Shown here in pieces: positions 23,681-37,210 of a DNA stretch of 64,000 nt. The notes under the pieces were generated by a model. The model searched no databases and was not told the origin of the DNA. It worked only from the letters and a program-made list of their open reading frames with translations. The translations under genes and the position numbers were made by a program. The stretch comes from Podarcis liolepis (Eukaryota), in the NCBI GenBank assembly GCA_965112155.1, contig OZ218111.1, one strand, 5' to 3'. Within the stretch, counting starts at the first letter, position 1. The number at the start of each line of letters is the position of its first letter.

Positions 23681-26677
23681 TTATGATGCTGTTGGTGTAA
23701 TAATAGATCTTGGACTTGGCTGTTCTTACGGCAATTCCGCCGCCGTCGCTAGTGGTCTTATTTGTGTCAGTGCCATCCATATTACGATAGTCTTGCTGCT
23801 GCTGCTGCTGCTCTTGCTGCTGGTTGTTATTGTTATGTGTGACAGTGCGCGTAGCAATTCGCACAGATCTGTAAGCAACGTTACACTCACACACGGCCCT
23901 TTCCTCTCCCTGTAGGCCCACACAATCTGAAATCAATTGTGAGGGAGACAGGATGGTTCCTAGGGCTGAACAGGAGCTTGCTGATGCCTTCTTCTGTTCT
24001 GTTTCCTCAGCAGTAAAATCCCTGCCTCAACTTCCAGTCTTGGAGCCTGAAAGGCAATTTGCTTAACCACGTGGAGTTATTCTTGATTTTTTCCTTTTCA
24101 ACAGGCTACATCAAGTGTCCCATAAGTGGGTTGCCTGAAATAAAAATCACAAGCAAAACCTGCAATTAGGCCCACATTAGTAAATGCCCCCCGGCATGTG
24201 TTGAGTGGTGGCATGTGGGTCTGCAACTTTTGCTCCTGATGGGCAGTTTGGGTGAATCATCTAGCCATGTGGGTGGAGTGCCACCTGGGCTGGGGGATGG
24301 TGGGAATGGCTGGCCAAGAGGGTTTGTGTGCATCTTCCCACAAAAGTGTATTATTTTGCAGTGGTTAATCTGAGATGCTCTCACTGTGAAAGCAGAGCAC
24401 TATAATTGCACCCATAAAGATATAATGAAAGAACAATAAGTAATCCACCCTTGAACAGCTCCTTGAAGTGCCCCATTAGTCTCCAAGCCTTACTGCAGCT
24501 GGTAGTAGCTCCTGTGTGCCAGGGAGGCTTTTTAAACCAGGGGTGGGTAGACTTGAGGTTATTCAGATCTACTTTGTTGTTTACTTGAACCTCAAGTTCC
24601 ACCAAAGCCAGTTGAAAAGACATACAATTAGAATTTAAAGAACAGGTTGCTTTTGAGAACATTCTGGGCCTAGGTACCAGAAATGAACTGAACTCAGTCA
24701 TTGACTCCTGGCTTATTCATTTCTGTGGCCTGAGATAGGAAAAAAAAGACATTGTTGTTAAAACAAATGGGAGTCAGAAGTTCTCCTGCAAATCACCCAA
24801 ATATCTACCATCCCTGATTTAAATGACCTACGTATCTGGGTCTTTCCAGCAAAATTGGCACACACCCCACCTGTTGCTATAGTCCGTTGTGTGCACAGGA
24901 TTTCTCTGTTGTTGGATATGTGAAGTGTGAAATATCCAGCTGTCAATTTGTTGTGAGCTGGCCTTCATTGCTGAGGACCTGTTTGTTATTCCACAGAATT
25001 ACAGAGCAAATATGGTGGCTCTTTTGGCTAGTTCTCTTCTTTTTCCAGGAATGCAACTGCTGTGTTAGATGTGCCCAGTGTTTTTTTCTTTCTAAAAAAA
25101 ATGTTTGGGGGGGACTCTCATTTTCCTACTCATATTGAAATACTGCCCCTCAAGGAGACCAAATTTAGATTCACAACATGTATACATGTATACATGTATA
25201 TATATGCATACCCCTGCGTCCCCCCAGAAAAAAGTACTGGATGTGCCATATATACATTTGTTACTTTTCTAATTTTCTCCTGTACACATCACTGGGCCTT
25301 ATATACCTGTTTGGCGTTAAATGAAACATTTGAGTTGTCCAACATAAAGCTGTAACAAGTGTTATGGTGTCAGAAAATTGGCAAGAGAGGTTCTTTTTCT
25401 TGTGTGTTCCTATGATAGTCCTTCATAATATTGTGAAGCTTCTTAGTATAAATAGCATAATTATGAATTGGGTTAATATTCCCAGCTTATTCATATACAG
25501 TATTGAAGGTTCTTTTCTAGGCTATTCTGTAGTTTCAAGCCTTTTTGTAACAAAGTTAAGTAACTGGAAAATAACTTCAAGTACCCCTATGCTGGCGCTG
25601 CATATTTAGGAACTGGACTCAGAAATTTGGGCACCAACATTGCCCTTATCTATGAACAAGCATCATAACTATATAGGTACAAAGGCAACCAAAGTCCTGG
25701 GACATTTCCTCTCCTCAGATGACCTTAGGCAGCTTCCAAGTCCCTCAGTGGTATAGTCTTTTCTTTGTGGTTTGATTAATTCCCATGTCTTATACAGGGG
25801 AATGATCATAAGGATTGCATGCATGCTTGGAATTGTCACATTGAACTTATATTCCATATTCCATGCAGACATTCATAGGATCAGGTTCTTTGTAACTTAT
25901 TTCAGTTCATAAATGAGTAGTGGATACCATGGATTTTACTTTGTGAAGAAAATGAACTCTTTATTTATCAAATAGCAAACTTTACAAAGGTAAGAGAAAC
26001 AGTATGTTATACTGCACGTAAAATCAGCCATATTGTCCAGTACGATGTTATGGATTTAGTGAAACCACCATACACTTCAATTTTTCTCATTTCAGTTGTT
26101 TAAACTTTTTAAGTGGCATTTGTCTGTCTTCCATGTCTCTTTAAACCAGGCGTGGGGAACCTTTCACCCTCCAGATGTTGCTGAACTACAGCTCTTGACA
26201 GACATAGCAAGTAGGGCCAGCAGCCAGCTATTGATTGATTGAGTAACTTTATTTATACGCCACTTTTCCACAGAGTGCTGTGCCCAAAATGACTTCCAAC
26301 AGATACCTGGAAGTGAATAAAAATATTTATTAAAAAACACCCTGCAGACATCTACTTATTATCAAATACACATGCACTGTTATAGGATTTAATCAACACG
26401 TAGGGGGCTAAAGGTTCCCCAAACCTACTTTAAACTACAGATTAAATTAAACAATGGTTTGAACTGAACAAAGCAATGTGCTGTGTATGCTGCACACACC
26501 ACATACTTTGGGGACTGATTATGATGGGGTTTTGGTCACAACATACCAACTTAAGACCAGTGCTTTAATGATTAATTCAAACTCCATCTATTGTGGTGAG
26601 GATATTTCTTTACCTATAAAGGGACTAGATTGACAGCTTGATACCAGTTTGATCTGTGTACTACTAGTCTTCTAGCT

Positions 26678-27705
26678 CAGTGTTTCCCAACCGGTGTTCC
26701 GCGGCACACTAGTGTGCCGCGAGATGTTGCCTGGTGTGCCGCGAGATGTTGCCTGGAGGGAGGCGGGCGAGTCCAAAAAAGGTTGGGAAACACTGAAGTT
26801 TCTCTTTCAAAAAGGAAACGTGGGTTAAAGCGGCGCCGCCGCCTCCCACTCACTTTCCTGCTCTGGCTTCCCTAACAGTTTTCCGAGTTGCGTCACTGGA
26901 TCCAGCCCCCTTTTCCACATGTGACACGGGGCTGGAGGGAGGGAAAGAGGGCTTTACGTCGCGCACAAAGGCAGCCTCCTAGAAGCGCTCTGGGCCGGCG
27001 CCGTTTCGCCGAAGGCGCCGGAGGACCCCCACCCTCAGCTCCTTCAGAAAGGAAGCCCCGCCCCTCGGCTCCCTACGCCGCCAGGCAGCTCAGCTGACTG
27101 ACGAGGACGTTCTGCGGCGGCGGCCACCGCACAACCACCGCAGTTGCTGGCAGCGTCCGCAGCGCAATAAGTAACAGCGCCTGGTGCTGCCAACTCTTTC
27201 TCTCTCTCTCCCGCCCCCCCCGCCCCCAAGCTCTCGCGCGCCCCGCGTCAACATCGCCGTACGCAGCTTCCCGAGCTCGAGGCTAGCCGCTGCACACACG
27301 CGCCGGCTCGTCATCGGCTCCGGTTGTTGCCTTTCTCCGCCGAGGTCGGTGGACCCCGAGCCTAGGCTTCCTTCCCGCACCCCGCTTTCCGAAGACCGCA
27401 CACCAGTTGGGCCAGTACATATTCCCCTCCCGTGACTGGAGCGGAATAGCCCTTTCTCTTCTTCCCCAACCCTTGTCGTTGGAGGAGTCCCTCAGTCCCT
27501 CGCTTTGCTGCCTCCTCCCCCCCCACCCCCAAAGCTTGGAGGTTCCCCGGCAAGGGGGAGGGAAAAAAATTGAAACTTACACTTTCGTGCGTCCCTCCCG
27601 GCGTGACGCTGCGCGCTGACGTGACGGGGCTATAATGGTGGTGTGCCTCGAGATTTTTTTCATCAAACAAGTGTGCCTTTGCCCAAAAAAGGTTGGGAAA
27701 CACTG
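26678..27705. mobile_element. Non-autonomous hAT (Charlie-like) element carrying GC-rich internal cargo
   Basis: TIR CAGTGTTTCCCAACC at 26678 and GGTTGGGAAACACTG at 27691-27705. Perfect 8-bp TSD TTCTAGCT at 26670-26677 and 27706-27713. A third, internal right TIR at 26781-26795. Confidence 0.92.
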
Positions 27706-27965
27706 TTCTAGCTAACCATATTTCTCTGGTGCCATGCAAATATTTTGGACCACAACAAGCCATGCTCCTGCCAGCCCCAGCATCATATGGCTGTGGTGGC
27801 TTGAGCTAATGAGAATTGTACGTAGTTCAAAACAACTGGAGGGCACAAGGTTGGTGCAGGCTGCTCTGAATATTTTTTCTTATATAAATAGGAGGGATTG
27901 CTGTTTTTAAAGAAGTTTGCTAGTGAAATGCTTGATTTAGGCTCAGGCTCATTTAACATTTATAT

Positions 27966-28354
27966 GGCCTGGTTTGCACATTGCCCTGAGCTTAAGCATG
28001 GCTTAGCAAAAGTATGTGGGCTCCAGGAGAGGAGATCCTGATTGCTTTGCTTCTCTCCCATGAACTAAGTCCTAGTTTGGCTTAGTATGTTGTCCAAACT
28101 AGGACTTATGATTTAGCTCTTCCTGACACACCACAAACTGTAAATCACAGGACAGATATTGGTTACAGCTTGTGGTTAGTTTTGGAGAGAGCTAAACCAT
28201 GAGCCTTGGACCACACACTAAGCCAAATGATGGTGTAGCTCAGCATAACAGCAAAATGAATGTGGAGTAACTAAGCAGACACAATCTCCTATCTGGGAGC
28301 CCGAGTGTTCACACTAAGCTGTGGTTTAGCTTAATGTGATGTGCAAACCATGGC
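27966..28354. mobile_element. PIF/Harbinger-like palindromic MITE (degraded)
   Basis: Ends GGCCTGGTTTGCACAT...ATGTGCAAACCATGGC, with internal imperfect inverted repeats. Confidence 0.6.
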
Positions 28355-28587
28355 ATTGTTTCTAGATTGACAATTATTTGTGAGGTTGCTGGAATGTTGT
28401 GTCACCATAGTATGGTTTAGGGCTCATCCAGACTTCCTTTTTTCATGTGTTTCTAGGCCAACGGCCACCTGTCTATCATGGCTGCCTCTTGTGACTGATC
28501 CAGTGTCATTGAACAAGTTGGAACGTTTCCAGGCGACTCTAGTAGGAATGTTCTTTTCTGGAACATTGGAGATGCTGTACAATAATA

Positions 28588-28801
28588 CAGTGATACCTCT
28601 GGATACGCAGACCTCTGGTTGCATATCCTTCAGGATGCAAACACGGCATACCCGAAAGTATTTTTCTGGGTTTCGCCACGCGCATGTGCGCAGAAGTGCT
28701 CTACCACACGCATGCGCAGAAGCGGCACCTCCGGTTGCGCATTCCTCGGGATCCGACCGGAGCTCTGGAACAGATCCCGTGCGCAACCGGAGGTACCACT
28801 G
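28588..28801. mobile_element. Tigger/pogo-like MITE
   Basis: TA-CAGTGATACCTC...GAGGTACCACTG-TA. Same family as 49049-49266, in the opposite orientation. Confidence 0.85.
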
Positions 28802-31800
28802 TATTTAAAAGAGTCTGCATTGCCCATGTTTGTTTGCACTTGTGGCACAATCTGTTGCCTGTGCTCAGTAGTGTGACATTTTGAATGCACCTTTGTGTTG
28901 GTTATGTAAAGTAGCATTAAATAAATTAAAAAGGGGTCTAGAAACCTGTGCAGTTTATAAGTTAAGGGTTGCCAGTTTTTATTAACTGAATTTCAGGGCA
29001 CTTGAGGGCTCTTTGATACATGTGGATTAAAAATGAAATCTGTCAATGCTTAAGAGAAGGGACTATAATGTCTAACAGCTAAAGTGAAGGTATGATAGCA
29101 GAATATGGAAGGTTTCAGGTTCAATCTTTGGCATGTCCCATTAAAGAACTGGATGTAGTAGGGCTGAGAGACCTCTTCCTGAGATGCTGGAAGATATATT
29201 TTCCTCAGGTTAGGTAGTGTGGGATGAGATGAGATGGATAATAGTCTTGGTAGATGTCTAGTGACCATTCTGCAAGTATAGGTGTTTATGGCTGCCATTG
29301 GAAACCTCCCCCTCCATCTCCCCAATTTGAGATGGGTTTGGAAACTCAGTAACCCTATATTCTGTCCCTTCTGTTTTGTTCCATGACCTGTTGGCTGCTG
29401 TTCTTCTAGTTTTCTTTTGAGTTGAAGAAGCACCTTTAATAATGTTATAATCTTGTCACTGAATGAACAACAGCCAAGTGCCTTTATTGAAATAGATGTA
29501 ATAGTATTTTTATATAAGCCAGAAGTTCAGTATGTTCTAAGCAAGTGATAGAGCAATCAACAGACTACAATGACAACATTTTTTCTTCAAGCTTCTTAAG
29601 AGTGTGTCTGTGTTTAACAAGGAGCTGCTGACAACAGTTAAAAATGGACATATATTTAGGGGCTGCTGAAGTGTTTATTTTTCTTGCTCCTCTCAAAACA
29701 TATCCCTGTGTTTCTGATTTTGCATGGAGAATATCTCCAGCAAATTTATTTTCTAACCTTCTGGAGAAGTGACAGCTTTTGTCAGCTTATCAGCATACTG
29801 GATTCTAAATTAGTGTTTGTTTTGCTGGTGACGACAAGGGTTCTAGAGTCCAACTCTTCTGTGGTGTGAGCAATTGTGAACCCTTGAAATATGCACACAG
29901 CTACCACTAGAAGCTTGGATATTTCCAGAATCACAAAACTGATTTTATTCGCTTTTCAGTTTTAAAGTCTTTGTCTGTTGCATGAGTCTCACATTGAAGA
30001 TTAAAGAGAAGGACACAGTTTTAGGAATTATAAACAGGAAAGCAAGATAAGATTATGTTGCTAGTATACCCCTCTTTCAGTTTTTCCTGGTTGTTGCTGG
30101 TGGTAAGACTGTGATTTGTACTAGGGTAGCCAGTTTGAGATGGCGTATGAGACTGATTGTCTGACTGCTTCAGTTTGTTGTGACTTGGGGACTGTGGTGC
30201 CTCAGCTTCCCTGGTGACTGTTCTTCAGAAAATGTTGAGTGGTGTTCTGCAGTTATATCACCACTGTACTTGAATGTTCACAAGTGTGATCTTGCCCCCA
30301 GAATTTACAACTCATCTGAGCGTTACTATGTTGTCATTGTTCATGTGAATTGGCCCCGAGCAGAGCAAAGGAATGCCGTGGTTCGGTGGTGCATGGACTT
30401 TACCTCTAAGGGCTGTGGTTGGAGCAAGCTTTGGGTTGTAGCCTTGTACACTGGGGCATTGCAGATTTAAAGTTTGTCTTCATTCACAGTTTGGGAAGCT
30501 GTTTTGTTTGTTTGTCAGCAAAAGGCAAATACTCCCAGAGAAGGCGAACACTCACCATCTACTTCAGATGTGTGTTTCAAGCCTTACAGTGTTTAAACAA
30601 GAAGCTATAGATTCTGTAGTAGGACTTGTAATTTTTTATTAAAATGTATAAAGTATAACAAAAGGAATACAGTAGCAGTAACAGCAGTAACAATAGGCCG
30701 TGCATTGCATTTAGACATTTGTGAACCAAAATTTTAAAAACGTGGCAGCAAATATTGGCAGTTGTGTTGAACACACAATTGATGGTGGTTCTTGTATGTT
30801 CATATAGCACAATCCATGTAGATGCAGAGCAAGATAGCAAAAAAGACAGTCTTGTCTTGTATTTATGGCCTAACTGTGAGCTCATGCAGATACTTATGGC
30901 AAAACTAGATGATTAGGAGAAAGTGTTGATGCATACTTGGTTCTCCTACTCTGATTATGTCTAGTAAATCTCAACATGTGATGTGATGTCAGCATGGGAT
31001 GTGAGTCCTATGTGGGAAGTGATGCCATCGTATCACAATCACACCTTTTGCTTTCCTAGACTTCACTAGAGGAGATATGGGATTGATGCTTTCAGTTGTG
31101 TGTTTCCTTTATTGTCTAGTTCACCCTTCACCATCCTGATGTCCTCTAGAGCTCCTATTAGACTGGAATCCAAGTCTACCAAAATGAAATACTAACTGTA
31201 TGCTTGTATTTTTAAATATCACTTTCTCCTCTAATGTGTTTTTTCCCTTAAAAATAATAGTAATCTTTGCTCACTTATCCCGATGTGTAGCTAACTATAC
31301 ACACACTTTTTTGTCTTTGTTTTCTTTAACCTTTTATTCATCAAGTAATCTTATTTTTGTAGTACATCAGTCTTTGTTTAATTAAGCCCCACCCCCACCC
31401 CCCAGGGATAAATATACTCAGAAGTATGTTCTGTTTGCCACATTTTTAGACAGTTCTGTGGCAAGAGGCTCTTGATGGCAATTACTCCTAGCTAAGCTTG
31501 CTAGAAAGGTCCTTGTCATCAGTGTTCAAAATTAACCAGTTGCCAGTTGCTTTCTGCGACTCAGGAGTAACCCCTGGTGACCAAACAGAGATTTCCAGTT
31601 GCATGGTTTGCTACCAAGACCACCTCTGGCTGGGAAGGAGATGTGCTGAGGAAGACAGAACCTTTTTATTGCTGTATGATTTGCATAAGTAAGTAAACTG
31701 AGAAGAAGCTCTTTCTCAGAGTTAAATGGACTGCAGTGGCAGTGGAGAGCAGAAAGGGAGATCTGGCTGATTTTCACCCCTCCTCTTAAATATCAAACTT

Positions 31801-32469
31801 TGCAGATAGAAACACATTGTGGTTTGCAAACAAATGGATTCTTTCTCTATTGCGGAGGTGGGGAGCAGGAAGGGAGATCTGGCTAATTTTCATCCCTTCA
31901 GTCTTTTTGTGAGACATGTTGTGGTTTTACTTGTGGGGCTTCTGATGCTGATTCCTATGTTGGCTGATTATTTAAGGCCTGCTAACGGTGACCTTGCTTC
32001 TTAAAGGTGAAATGGCTCTAGCAGTAAAGCAGTGCCTCTTTTCTTGCTTTGCCTTTCATTTAGTCTCATAATAATATTTTTGCTGGCTTGCTTGGAAGAA
32101 TAAAGGTTGGATTCATCTTTTTTAAAAAATAAATAAATAGGAATGCAGGTTGAGCATGGGGGTGGGGAGACCACACTGGAAATTATGACAAAAAGGAGGA
32201 TGGGGGTGGGGGAGGTTTCCCTTTGTGTATATCCCATTTTGAAATTTGATTTTGTGTATCTGATGGTGTATTTGGTGTGTAAGTCGAATAAACATTGTGG
32301 TGTGTAAGTCAAATAAACATTTTTATCTCTTGAAATAGATAAGAAACACTTTCAGGTCTAGTTCTTTGTTCCAGTCTTGCCCATGTGTGACAGTGAGTGA
32401 GATTTAATAGATGTGGGTTTTCTGCTTTGTGAACCCAAGTCTGCAGCATGAGACAGAACATCTTCCTAG

Positions 32470-32920
32470 CCTTTTCTGGAGACGAGTTAGCAAAATCTGC
32501 TGATGACACCAAGTTGTTCGGGGTAGTTTTTAACTAGAAGAGTCTGTGAGGTGCTCCAAAACCAAAAGGATCTCTCCAAACTGAGTGAATGAGTATTAAA
32601 ATGATAAATCTGATTCAGTGTTAACAAATGTAAAGTGATGCATGCTGGGGCAAAATATCCTGACATTACGTATATGCTATTGAGATCTGAGCTGCCAGTG
32701 GCTGATCAAGAATGAGATCTTAGACTCATAGAGGATAGCTCAATTAAGATGTTGATCCAGGTTGTGGTAGTGGTAAAATGGGTGAATTATAGTTATGTGA
32801 CCTTTAGGAAAAGGATTCAAAACAGAACTGGAAATACCATAAGAAGCCTATTGTGCAGCTACACATGGAATACTGTCCAATTCTGGTCACTACGTCTCTT
32901 AAAGGATATCATAATGCTGG
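32470..32920 (+). mobile_element. Degraded CR1 LINE RT fragment
   Basis: GCTGATGACACCAAG (ADDTK), TTCAGTGTTAACAAATGTAAAGTGATGCAT (F..KCKVMH) and GAATACTGTCCAATTCTGGTCAC are CR1-like motifs, with stops and frameshifts. Confidence 0.75.
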
Positions 32921-33744
32921 ATTTTTAAAAAGAAATGGTGGAGCATCACCAGTGCTATTTTTCTAGAAAAATAGGTGCCGGAACTCCCCGTGAACACCTC
33001 CCTCGTTTTCTTAGAATGGCAATGGCACCTACCTGAGAGGTTCCAGAACTGTGTTTCCGTGAGTTCGGCTGAGCATCCTACTTTTTTAAAGATTTGCTTG
33101 AGAGATCCTGTACCATTTACAGGAAAATGCTTTCCTTCACAGAAGTAAAATTGATATATAACTTTGAAAATAATCGCATTATGCCGTTCCAACTCTACAG
33201 GTCTATGATGGACAGAATGAGACTATGTCCCTCACTGGCAACTCCACTAATCACAGAAGCTATGACTTTGCATACTGAAAGAAAAAGGTTCTCCCCAGTG
33301 AGAGATAACAACAACAACATCACTACCACCACCACCACATTTCACCACGTAATTGTTACATTTCAATGCTGATTTTTCTTTCAAAAAATGGGGGGTGCGA
33401 CAATTATGTGCTGAATTATCAAAGGACACCCTTTCTTGCTAGGGAGTGAAAGAAACAAACCCTTTCTCACAGCCAGGAATGATAACACGGGGGGGGGGGG
33501 GGCTGGGTAAGAGCAGCATCAGCAACTAGTGACAATAAAAAGGAAGAAATAAGTGGTTTGTTTTTTGTTTTTTTTAAAAAAGTCATCACCGCCCTGCAAA
33601 AAAACCCCTCTTACACTGCAGCACAGCCTAGTGGACCTGAGAGCCACTTTCCTGACAAGGTGCTGGAGGTTCAAAGACAGCAAAGGCTCCCTTGGCAGAC
33701 GGGGAGGGGGAGACACACAACTCTCCTGTCAAGACAACAAAGTA

Positions 33745-34052
33745 CAGTGGTGCCTTGCAAGACGAAAAGAATCCGATTCTCTTTTTTCGTCTTGCGAAGC
33801 AAGCCCATTGAAGGATTAGCGCTATTAGCGGCTTTTAGCGGCTTATCTGCTGATCGGATCAGCTGATAAGCGGCTTAGCGGCTTAGAAAAAGGGGGGGAG
33901 GAAAAAAAACCCAGCAGGAACTCGCAAGACATTGTCGTCTTGCGAAGCAAGCCCATAGGAGATTTGTTTTGCGAAGCACCTCCAAAACGGAAAACTCTTT
34001 CGTCTAGCGAGCTTTCCGTCTTGCGAGGCATTCGTCTTGTGGGGCACCACTG
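33745..34052. mobile_element. Tigger/pogo-like MITE (copy A of an inverted pair)
   Basis: TA-CAGTGGTGCCTTGCAAGACG...CGTCTTGTGGGGCACCACTG-TA. Confidence 0.88.
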
Positions 34053-34610
34053 TACATTACCTCAAGTGTAAGGCAGCCATTACATAGGGAGATACTCCTG
34101 TCGTTTACCTACAAATCCCATGAATCCCAGAGGCTGCAACTCCCATGATTCCTCTTGACTACCCTCCTATTTTTTAAAAAAATATCCCTTAACCACACCT
34201 CCTTGGTGTGCAGTTGAACGTTTTAATATGGTAAATTCAACTAAATTCAACCTGCGGGAGGCCCCCACTTGTCTTGTTTATTGCTCCTGCAATGATTATG
34301 CTTTGGGATCACTTTTAGGGCCAGAAAGAGGGGTGCGACTATTATGCGGTGAAATACAGTAATAAATAAAGAAATTGATTATTATTAATAATAATTTTAT
34401 TATTTATACCCCACCCATATGGCTGGATTGCCAGTGTGGTGTAGTGGTTAGTGTGTGTCTGTACGACTAGGATCTGGGCAACCAGGGTTCAAATCTTGAC
34501 TCAACCATGAATTTTACTGGGTGTTACTATCCTATACATGCCTAAATTTAAGTCCTACAGTCCTCTTTGTATAACCTGTTTTACTGTGGCTGGTTACAAC
34601 CTTCCAAATA

Positions 34611-34929
34611 CAGTGGTGCCCTGCAAGATGAATGCCTCACAAGACGGAAAACTCGCTAGACTTAAGAGTTTTCCGTTTTGGAGGTGCTTCGCAAAACAAA
34701 TTTCCTATGGGCTTGCTTCGCAAGACGACAATGTCTTGCGAGTTCCTGCTGTTTTTTTCCCCTTCCCCCCCTTTTTCTAAGCCGCTTATCAGCTGATCCG
34801 ATCAGCAGATAAGCCGCTAAAAGCCGCTAATAGCGCTAATCCGTCAATGGGCTTGCTTTGCAAGACGAAAAAACCGCTAGACGAAGAGAATCACAGAACG
34901 GATTCTTTTTGTCTTGCGAGGCACCACTG
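34611..34929. mobile_element. Tigger/pogo-like MITE (copy B, reverse orientation to copy A)
   Basis: TA-CAGTGGTGCCCTGCAAGATG...GTCTTGCGAGGCACCACTG-TA. The interior is the reverse complement of 33745-34052. Confidence 0.88.
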
Positions 34930-36410
34930 TACCACAGATTGCAAAAATAGAAAAGTAAATTTTGTGTTTTAAAAGAAATTGTCTTTCGTGCACAGCATTT
35001 ATTCCATTTTCAGCTAGATACCCCATATTGTATTCATTTGCTTTGTAATCCTGTTTTTTAAAAATGTTTCAATTGTTGTGGTGACCATAACCTAGATTGA
35101 AGGTGCCATTTGGCTCCTATCTTTTATATCTCAGTTTCTAACCCTGCTTGTCAGTTTCTAACCCTTCTAACTTGGACGTTTTGGTTCCTGAACACCACAA
35201 ATCCGGAAGTGATTGTTATGGTTTGCGAACCCGAACATCCGACGGGGCTTCTGCAGCTTCTGATTGGCTGCAGGAGCATTCTGCAGCCAATCAGAAGCCA
35301 CAATTTGGTTCTTGAACGGACTTCCGGAACAGATTCCGTTCAGCTTCCAAGATTCGTCTACAGTGATTTTTCTCATCTAGTTCTGGCCATGAGTTGGTTA
35401 GATAAGTTGTAACAAAGAGTTCACAGGCCTTGGAACTTCCTGTGCCAGATAGTAAGGGTGTCCTGCGCATGTTTTGAACTACAGAGCCCATCACCCGCCT
35501 TGTAGTACTATATGGTCTGAACTGACTGGGACTCCTGAGAATTGCAGTTGAAAACATCTAGATTAGGGAAGGTGGGAAAGACTCAGAGGGACAGTGTGGT
35601 CATAATTCTTCCTATTTTATCCACTGTGTGACATCTCCCTGGCCATTATGGATAGAGTTCTAGGCAGCTGGGTGTGGTTCAGCTTGGCTGCTTTTCAGCA
35701 TTTAGAGATGATTGTGTTTATATCATTCTTTTCCAATTTTTGTGTGTCTGCCTTTTTATGACTTCTGATTTTCAGCAGGAAATCTCTATTATAGTACAGC
35801 TCAAATATTCAATTGTAGTTTTCTGGTTTGCTGAAGTTATTTCAAATATTTATTTGCTAGATGGTTCTCTGAAACATTTGCCATCTTTTAACATTGTATA
35901 TTACAATGCAAAAACAGATAAAAGAAAAAGGACAGCCTTAGTATCATGTAGTCCTTCAGGTCTAATATCTTCCTTCAGTTTTCTGAAATATTAGACTTCT
36001 TTGATTTTGTCTCCCATACACTGTCACCCCCACTCTCCATTACACAAAACAGAAATGAGGTAATGAGGCTTGTCCAGGTTGAACTGTTTGAGGACTGAAT
36101 TGCAGATTTCTTACCGCAGTGTTGCTATAGCAATGTATGTGACTGTTGTTCATCCTGCAGTAAGCTTCTCATGACAAGTGTTGGTATGCAGGACACACAG
36201 AAATCAGGAAAAGGAGGCTAATGTTGTGAGACTGTAAAATAAGTTGCTCTGGTATTGCTTCCAGGTATTATGTAATGTTTTTCTTTTATGGTATTTTGTG
36301 TGTGCATAGAGCAGCATACAGACATATATACTGTAGTTAAATCTTTTGATGTCTTATTTTTCCAACTCTACAAAATCACTCTGATAGTTGAAATGCATAC
36401 TGGGATGCTT

Positions 36411-37210
36411 AATAACAACAACAACAACAACAATAATATGTATACCCTGCCCATCTGACTGGGTTTCCTTAGCCACTGTGAGGTTTATAGCATATATAAA
36501 ACATAGTAAAATATCAAACAGTAAAAACTTCCCGATACAGGACTGCCTTCAGATGTCTTCTAAAAGTTATGTAGTTATTTATCTCCTTGACATCTGAAGG
36601 GAGGGTGTTCCACAGGGAAGGCACCACTACCGAGAAGGTTTTCTGCCTAGTTCCCTGTAACTTTGCTTTTCTCAGTGAGGGAACCAGCAAAAGGTCCTCG
36701 GAGCTGAACCTCAATGTCTGGGCTGAACGATGGGGGTGGAGATGCTTCTTCAGGCATACTGGGCCAAGGCTGTTTAGGGCTTTAAAGGTTAGCACCAACA
36801 CTTTGAATTGTGCTTGGAAGCATACTGGGAGCCAGTGAATATTGTTTAGGACCGGTGTTATATGGCCCCAGCGACCACTCCCAGTTACCAGACTAGCTGC
36901 CGCATTCTGGATTAGTTGTTGTTTCCAAGTCACCTTCAAATGTAAACCCCACGTATAGTGGATTGCAGCAGTCCAAGCAGGAGATAACCAGAGCATGCAC
37001 CACTTTGGCAAGACAGTCGGCAGGCAGGTAGGGTCTCAGTCTGCGTACTAGATGGAGCCAGTAGACAGCTGCCCTGGACACAGAATTGATCTGCACCTCC
37101 ATGGACAGCTGCAAGTCCAAAAGACTCCCAGGCTGCACACCTGGTCCTTTAGGATTATGGTTATGCCGTTCAGGACCAGGGAACCCCACCCACCCACCCG
37201 CCCCCTGTCC
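36411..37210 (-). mobile_element. L2 LINE 3' fragment, frameshifted
   Basis: Minus ORFs 36514..37011 and 36893..37336 give L2 ORF2 motifs (LRPYL, VHALVISCLDCCN.LY.G, QNAAA, HITPVL..IHWLPV, FKVLVLTFKAL, FSVVVPSLWNTLP). Simple-repeat tail at about 36411-36436. Confidence 0.88.

Noticed and set aside
22893-23936. Several long overlapping ORFs of 140-260 aa
   Set aside because: Low-complexity Arg/Gly/Pro/Ala frames expected from stop-codon scarcity in a CpG island.
32274-32325. Direct repeat GGTGTGTAAGTC(G/A)AATAAACATT x2 as a possible intronic poly(A) module or array
   Set aside because: Only two units, at the end of a LINE-like 3' tail; most simply a local duplication.
34433-34520. tRNA-like A/B box sequence
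   Set aside because: Decayed tRNA-derived SINE head; no cloverleaf can be formed.
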